Shown one piece after another: positions 5,423 to 8,466 of a stretch of 8,466 bases of DNA. A program made the translations under genes and the position numbers. This DNA comes from Candidatus Woesearchaeota archaeon. Lineage in GTDB: Archaea > Nanobdellota > Nanobdellia > Nanobdellales > Nanobdellaceae. How positions within the stretch are numbered: position 1 is the first letter of the stretch; every line of letters begins with the position of its first letter. The notes under the pieces were generated by a model. The model had not been told where the DNA came from and did not search any database. It saw only the letters and a program-made list of their open reading frames with translations. Location of the stretch: positions 1 through 8,466 of the forward strand of contig CAYXSZ010000045.1 of the NCBI GenBank assembly GCA_964468425.1, read 5' to 3'.

Positions 5423-6010
5423 ATGACTAGCTTCGTGGAGTTTGTAATCAATGTTTTTAACTATTTTGGCGTATTCTATGTCTTTGCAATTCTGTTCTTG
5501 TTTGTTATAGTTTATGCGTTTTCTTCTGTAGTTTTAACTAGTTTTCAAAGAGGAAATTCTTCTCTTTTCGATGAAAAAACCGCAAAAGCGCTATCGTCGC
5601 TAATTGCAATTTCTGTATCTGTTCTCGCTGTTTATGTTTCTAATGTAGTGATATTAATCCAGTATTTTCTTGCAATGTCATCTGTTCTTTTAATTGTGTT
5701 GTTCTTTATAATCCTTCTAGCGTCATTTGTTTGGGGAGAAAGAAAGGCACCTTCAAAAGATTATTCGTTAGCTGTTAGTGTCATGATTATTATCTTGATA
5801 ACGGCATTTATATTTATTGCATTGTTCTACGCATATCAAGATGTATTCGTTCAGATTAATGTGGGAAAAGCTAATGCTACTTCAACACAACTCTTTGGAT
5901 TGGTTTGGAAACCTGAAGTCCTTTTAATTCCATTTATCTTCGTAATGATAGGATTTGCGGTCTGGATAGCTGGAAGAGAGGAAGGAAAGAAAGAGTCTGG
6001 ATCTTCCTAA
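5423..6010 (+). CDS. Hypothetical polytopic membrane protein (about 5 hydrophobic segments)
   Basis: 195-aa ORF with ATG at 5423. It has long hydrophobic stretches (FGVFYVFAILFLFVIVYAF, LSSLIAISVSVLAVYV, SSVLLIVLFFIILLASFVW, VSVMIIILITAFIFIALFY, LLIPFIFVMIGFAVWIA) and a charged C-terminal tail. I do not recognise the family. Confidence 0.65.
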   Translation: MTSFVEFVINVFNYFGVFYVFAILFLFVIVYAFSSVVLTSFQRGNSSLFDEKTAKALSSLIAISVSVLAVYVSNVVILIQYFLAMSSVLLIVLFFIILLASFVWGERKAPSKDYSLAVSVMIIILITAFIFIALFYAYQDVFVQINVGKANATSTQLFGLVWKPEVLLIPFIFVMIGFAVWIAGREEGKKESGSS

Positions 6011-6696
6011 TGCTTTAGCTCTTCCGCAGAACCTTTACCTCTTGTATAATTTCCTAGATCGGAAAAGAATTCAGATTTAATCCCAGAAGGGATTTCAACG
6101 ACCGCGAACCATCCCTCATCTCCCCAATCTTCTTTTAAGACCTTGTATTTCTTCTTTATCAAATTAACTGCCTTAACTTCCTCATAGGGGATAAAAACTT
6201 TAATTTGAGAAACTTCAACTCTAATCGGGAATTTCTTTTTGATTTGCTTGATAATTTCGTTGGCTTGAATCTCTACCGGCTTGAATGGATCTATATTTAC
6301 CTTAACTTGGTTTAGCATTTCTTCTATTCGATGGGGAGTAAACGGGAGATTAGTTCTTGGATCTATGGCGAGTCTTCGAATTATTTCGATTATTTGCTTT
6401 CTTTTTTGCCCTATTAACTTTCTTCTATACTCGGCAGTAACTTGTATTTCACCTCTTTTAATAATTTGGCTTGCTATCTCATATATATCTTCTGTTCCAA
6501 AGACCTCTTTGAGAACGTGTTCTGAAACCCGTTCTCCTTTCTTCGCATCTTTATATATTTCTTCTACGACGAGAACCTCCTCTATGTTTTTGAGTTTTCC
6601 TTCTTTGAAATTTATAGCTTTATCTAGGTCTACATATATTTCGAAAGCGTGATCTCTTATGCGTAATCTAGCGATTACGGCATCTTCCAGCCTCAT
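6007..6696 (-). CDS. sdo1: SBDS-family ribosome maturation protein (SDO1 homologue)
   Basis: 229 aa. The N-terminal FYSH-like region is AVIARLRIRDHAFEIYVDLDKAINFKEGK...EEVLVVEEIYKDAKKGERVSEHVLKEVFGTEDIYEIASQIIKRGEIQVTAEYRRK. It occupies the conserved position downstream of psmA. The ATG (6696..6694) overlaps the psmA TGA (6695..6693). Confidence 0.9.
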   Translation of the reverse strand: MRLEDAVIARLRIRDHAFEIYVDLDKAINFKEGKLKNIEEVLVVEEIYKDAKKGERVSEHVLKEVFGTEDIYEIASQIIKRGEIQVTAEYRRKLIGQKRKQIIEIIRRLAIDPRTNLPFTPHRIEEMLNQVKVNIDPFKPVEIQANEIIKQIKKKFPIRVEVSQIKVFIPYEEVKAVNLIKKKYKVLKEDWGDEGWFAVVEIPSGIKSEFFSDLGNYTRGKGSAEELKH

Positions 6697-7406
6697 ATGT
6701 ATTTTTTAAGTGATTCTCCCTCGATAAAAACAGGTTTTCTGTCCTTTTTCTTAATGTACGCAGCATTTATTCTATTAATATTGAAATCTTCTTTTAAGTA
6801 TTCTTTTAGCAAGTCCAATCCATACTTTATCACTTCTGATACTGTCATGTCTGGATTATATGTCTCTTCGAGCTTGGGGGTGATCTTGTTTTCTCCTTCT
6901 CCAATAACTACTGCATAATATTGAGTTTGTAATCCAGAAGGATCTGTCATAAAAAGTTTGATTTCTCCATCTTCGTCAATTCCCCCAATGATTAAGGATA
7001 CTCCGAAAGGTCTAAGTCCTCCAAATTGTGTGTATTTTTGTTTAATGTTGCTTATTTCTCTTACAAGCGTGCCAACATCGATTGGAACTCCATAAGTAAG
7101 TTTATACTCCTGAGCAATTAGTCGAGCTTCGTCGAGAAGGACTCTCCCGTCTGGAATGAACCCAGAAAACGTAGCGATGATGTGATCGTCGATTATGAAG
7201 ATCTTTTCAACTGATCTATCTACAACTAGCTTATTGTGGACTCTTTTGTCAGCGATTATAACTATTCCGTCTTTAGCTGCAAATCCGAGAGCCGTACTCC
7301 CCGATTTAACGGCTTGTCTAGCGTATTCTACTTGGAGAATTCTTCCTTCCGGAGAAAATATTGTTATCGCGCGATCGTAACCCATAGTCATCGAGGGGAT
7401 GTCCAT
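6693..7406 (-). CDS. psmA: Proteasome subunit alpha
   Basis: 237 aa. YDRAITIFSPEGRILQVEYARQAVKSGSTALGFAAKDGIVIIADKRV aligns closely by eye with the Thermoplasma-type alpha subunit ([32 protein letters not shown]). Also present: QKYTQFGGLRPFGVSLIIGGID. Confidence 0.95.
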   Translation of the reverse strand: MDIPSMTMGYDRAITIFSPEGRILQVEYARQAVKSGSTALGFAAKDGIVIIADKRVHNKLVVDRSVEKIFIIDDHIIATFSGFIPDGRVLLDEARLIAQEYKLTYGVPIDVGTLVREISNIKQKYTQFGGLRPFGVSLIIGGIDEDGEIKLFMTDPSGLQTQYYAVVIGEGENKITPKLEETYNPDMTVSEVIKYGLDLLKEYLKEDFNINRINAAYIKKKDRKPVFIEGESLKKYI

Positions 7407-7423
7407 AAGTTTCTTAAACGTAG

Positions 7424-7436
7424 AATAAATTTATAA
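7424..7436 (-). promoter_or_regulatory. Possible internal promoter for psmA, overlapping the Pop5 stop codon
   Basis: The minus strand reads TTATAAATTTATT, centred about 24 nt upstream of the psmA ATG (7406). The Pop5-psmA spacer is only 24 bp. Confidence 0.3.
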
Positions 7437-7727
7437 CTTTTTGTTTGCGAACTCCTTTAATTTTCTAAGTGTTGGAAAAACACCCAAGAGCTCTCCTCCA
7501 GCTAGATGTGAGACTACAACCGCATAGTGCGTGTACTTTCTAGAAACGCGAATAACATAAGTATCTTCATTGCAAAGATCTTTTACAAATTGTATTCCTG
7601 CCTTCGCTAAACCATAAATCCCAAAAAAATAGATGAACTTGTCGATGAACCTTTGCTCAAACCCCTCTTCAGCCTTTACTAATAGATATCTTCGCTTTTC
7701 TCTATAGCTTGGATAGATTAGTGCCAA
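7431..7727 (-). CDS. rnp2: RNase P protein component 2 (Pop5/Rpp14 homologue), TTG start
   Basis: 98 aa. YREKRRYLLVKAE...FGIYGLAKAGIQFV...YVIRVSRKYTHYAVVV matches the Pop5 pattern (LR.K.RY.., G..G.A.A, iiRc.R). Its position between TFB and psmA fits the archaeal superoperon context. The only canonical start in the ORF is TTG (7727..7725), and there is no internal Met. Confidence 0.78.
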   Translation of the reverse strand: MALIYPSYREKRRYLLVKAEEGFEQRFIDKFIYFFGIYGLAKAGIQFVKDLCNEDTYVIRVSRKYTHYAVVVSHLAGGELLGVFPTLRKLKEFANKKL

Positions 7728-7728
7728 G

Positions 7729-8466
7729 CTAGTCCTCTTCTTCTTCTCTCAACTTCTCCTCTACTTCGTGGAGACCTAACTTTTCTATTAACTCTTTGTA
7801 TCTGTTTCTTACAGTAACTTCGGTTACGCCAGCCACTTCTGCGATCTCTTTCTGAGTTTTCTTAATACCGTGCATTACACATGCCAAATAAATGGCTGCA
7901 GCCGCAACGCCAGAAGGTCCTCTTCCTGCAGTTATGTCTTTTTCTTTTGCGGATTGAACTATATCTATCGCAGAAGCCGTTACTTCTGGAGGGAGCTTTA
8001 AGATTGCTGCGAAACGATGTACGTACTCTGTGATATCTATTGGAAGAATCTTGATTTTCAAATGTCTCGTGAGGTGCCTGTACGTTCTTCCGAGTTCCTT
8101 CTTGTGCACTCCAGAAGCCTTAACCACTTCATCAAGTGTTCGTGGAACATCGTTCATTCTACAGGCTATGTATATACAAGCTGCGATTACGGCTTCTATA
8201 GATCTTCCTCTGATTAAACCACGCTCGGCAGCTGTTAAATACAGTTTCATCGCAGTTTCTTCAACGTGGGGAGGAAGTTGCAAGAGAGAAGACAACCTCT
8301 TTAATTCCTGTTGGGCTAGTTTTAGATTCCTCTCATAGGAGCTCGTAGCCCTCTGCTGCCACTTCTTAAGTCTCTCAAACATCTTTCTTTCTTCGTCTGA
8401 AAGTTGATAGAGTTCTTCTGCTTTACCTATTTCTGTTGTTAGAGAACTTGCTATATTTGAATATCC
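7729..8466 (-). CDS. tfb: Transcription initiation factor IIB (TFB); the 5' end runs off the right edge
   Basis: The ORF-track entry starts at an internal Met (8382). The frame stays open upstream to 8466 (GYSNIASSLTTEIGKAEELYQLSDEERKMFERLKKWQQR...), which is the linker/B-finger region. Two cyclin-fold repeats are present: RGLIRGRSIEAVIAACIYIACRMNDVPRTLDEV and ITAGRGPSGVAAAAIYLACVMHGIKKTQKEIAEVAGVTEVTVRNRYKEL. Confidence 0.95.
   Translation of the reverse strand, partial: GYSNIASSLTTEIGKAEELYQLSDEERKMFERLKKWQQRATSSYERNLKLAQQELKRLSSLLQLPPHVEETAMKLYLTAAERGLIRGRSIEAVIAACIYIACRMNDVPRTLDEVVKASGVHKKELGRTYRHLTRHLKIKILPIDITEYVHRFAAILKLPPEVTASAIDIVQSAKEKDITAGRGPSGVAAAAIYLACVMHGIKKTQKEIAEVAGVTEVTVRNRYKELIEKLGLHEVEEKLREEEED

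Noticed and set aside
6281-8338. Plus-strand ORFs 6281..6652, 6697..6918, 7195..7380, 7236..7436, 8017..8217 and 8030..8338
   Set aside because: All are antisense shadows of the strongly supported SBDS, psmA, Pop5 and TFB genes. They are S/L/I/F-rich, as expected for the complement of K/E-rich coding sequence.
1-8466. CRISPR arrays, IS elements or long repeats
   Set aside because: Reading both strands, I saw no regularly spaced repeats of 24-40 bp, no terminal inverted repeats and no transposase-like ORFs. The only repeat structure is the short GTCGT-type motif reported above.

Overview
The window looks like a chromosomal segment from an AT-rich archaeon. This call rests on TFB, proteasome alpha, RNase P Pop5, SBDS and a KaiC-like ATPase, plus A/T-rich TATA-like boxes about 24-27 nt upstream of most first-gene ATGs, which suggests leaderless mRNAs. 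The GC-rich tRNA stems against the AT-rich background hint at a thermophile. Gene order, left to right: (1) a radical SAM enzyme of the AmrS/PflA-like type on the minus strand, open at the left edge and missing from the ORF track; (2) a 110-bp spacer holding a candidate C/D-box sRNA and a GTCGT repeat cluster; (3) a YjbQ/UPF0047 protein; (4) tRNA-Thr(GGU); (5) an ExeA-like AAA+ ATPase with a C-terminal winged helix; (6) transcribed divergently from it, a 92-aa acidic protein translationally coupled to a MinD/ParA-type ATPase; (7) an operon of a single-domain KaiC-like ATPase and an AI-2E/PerM permease; (8) a polytopic membrane protein; (9) a tight minus-strand operon TFB > Pop5 > PsmA > SBDS, with TFB open at the right edge. 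The best candidate for something undescribed is the divergent module at 1735-3712. Its shared control region carries three perfect TTTGTCGT repeats and a TGTCGT-GAA-ACGACA palindrome around the TATA box. Two more TTGTCGT copies lie inside the ATPase gene, and a similarly organised GTCGT cluster sits 1.5 kb away at 1159-1184. All protein family calls come from motif recognition by eye. No database search was run.
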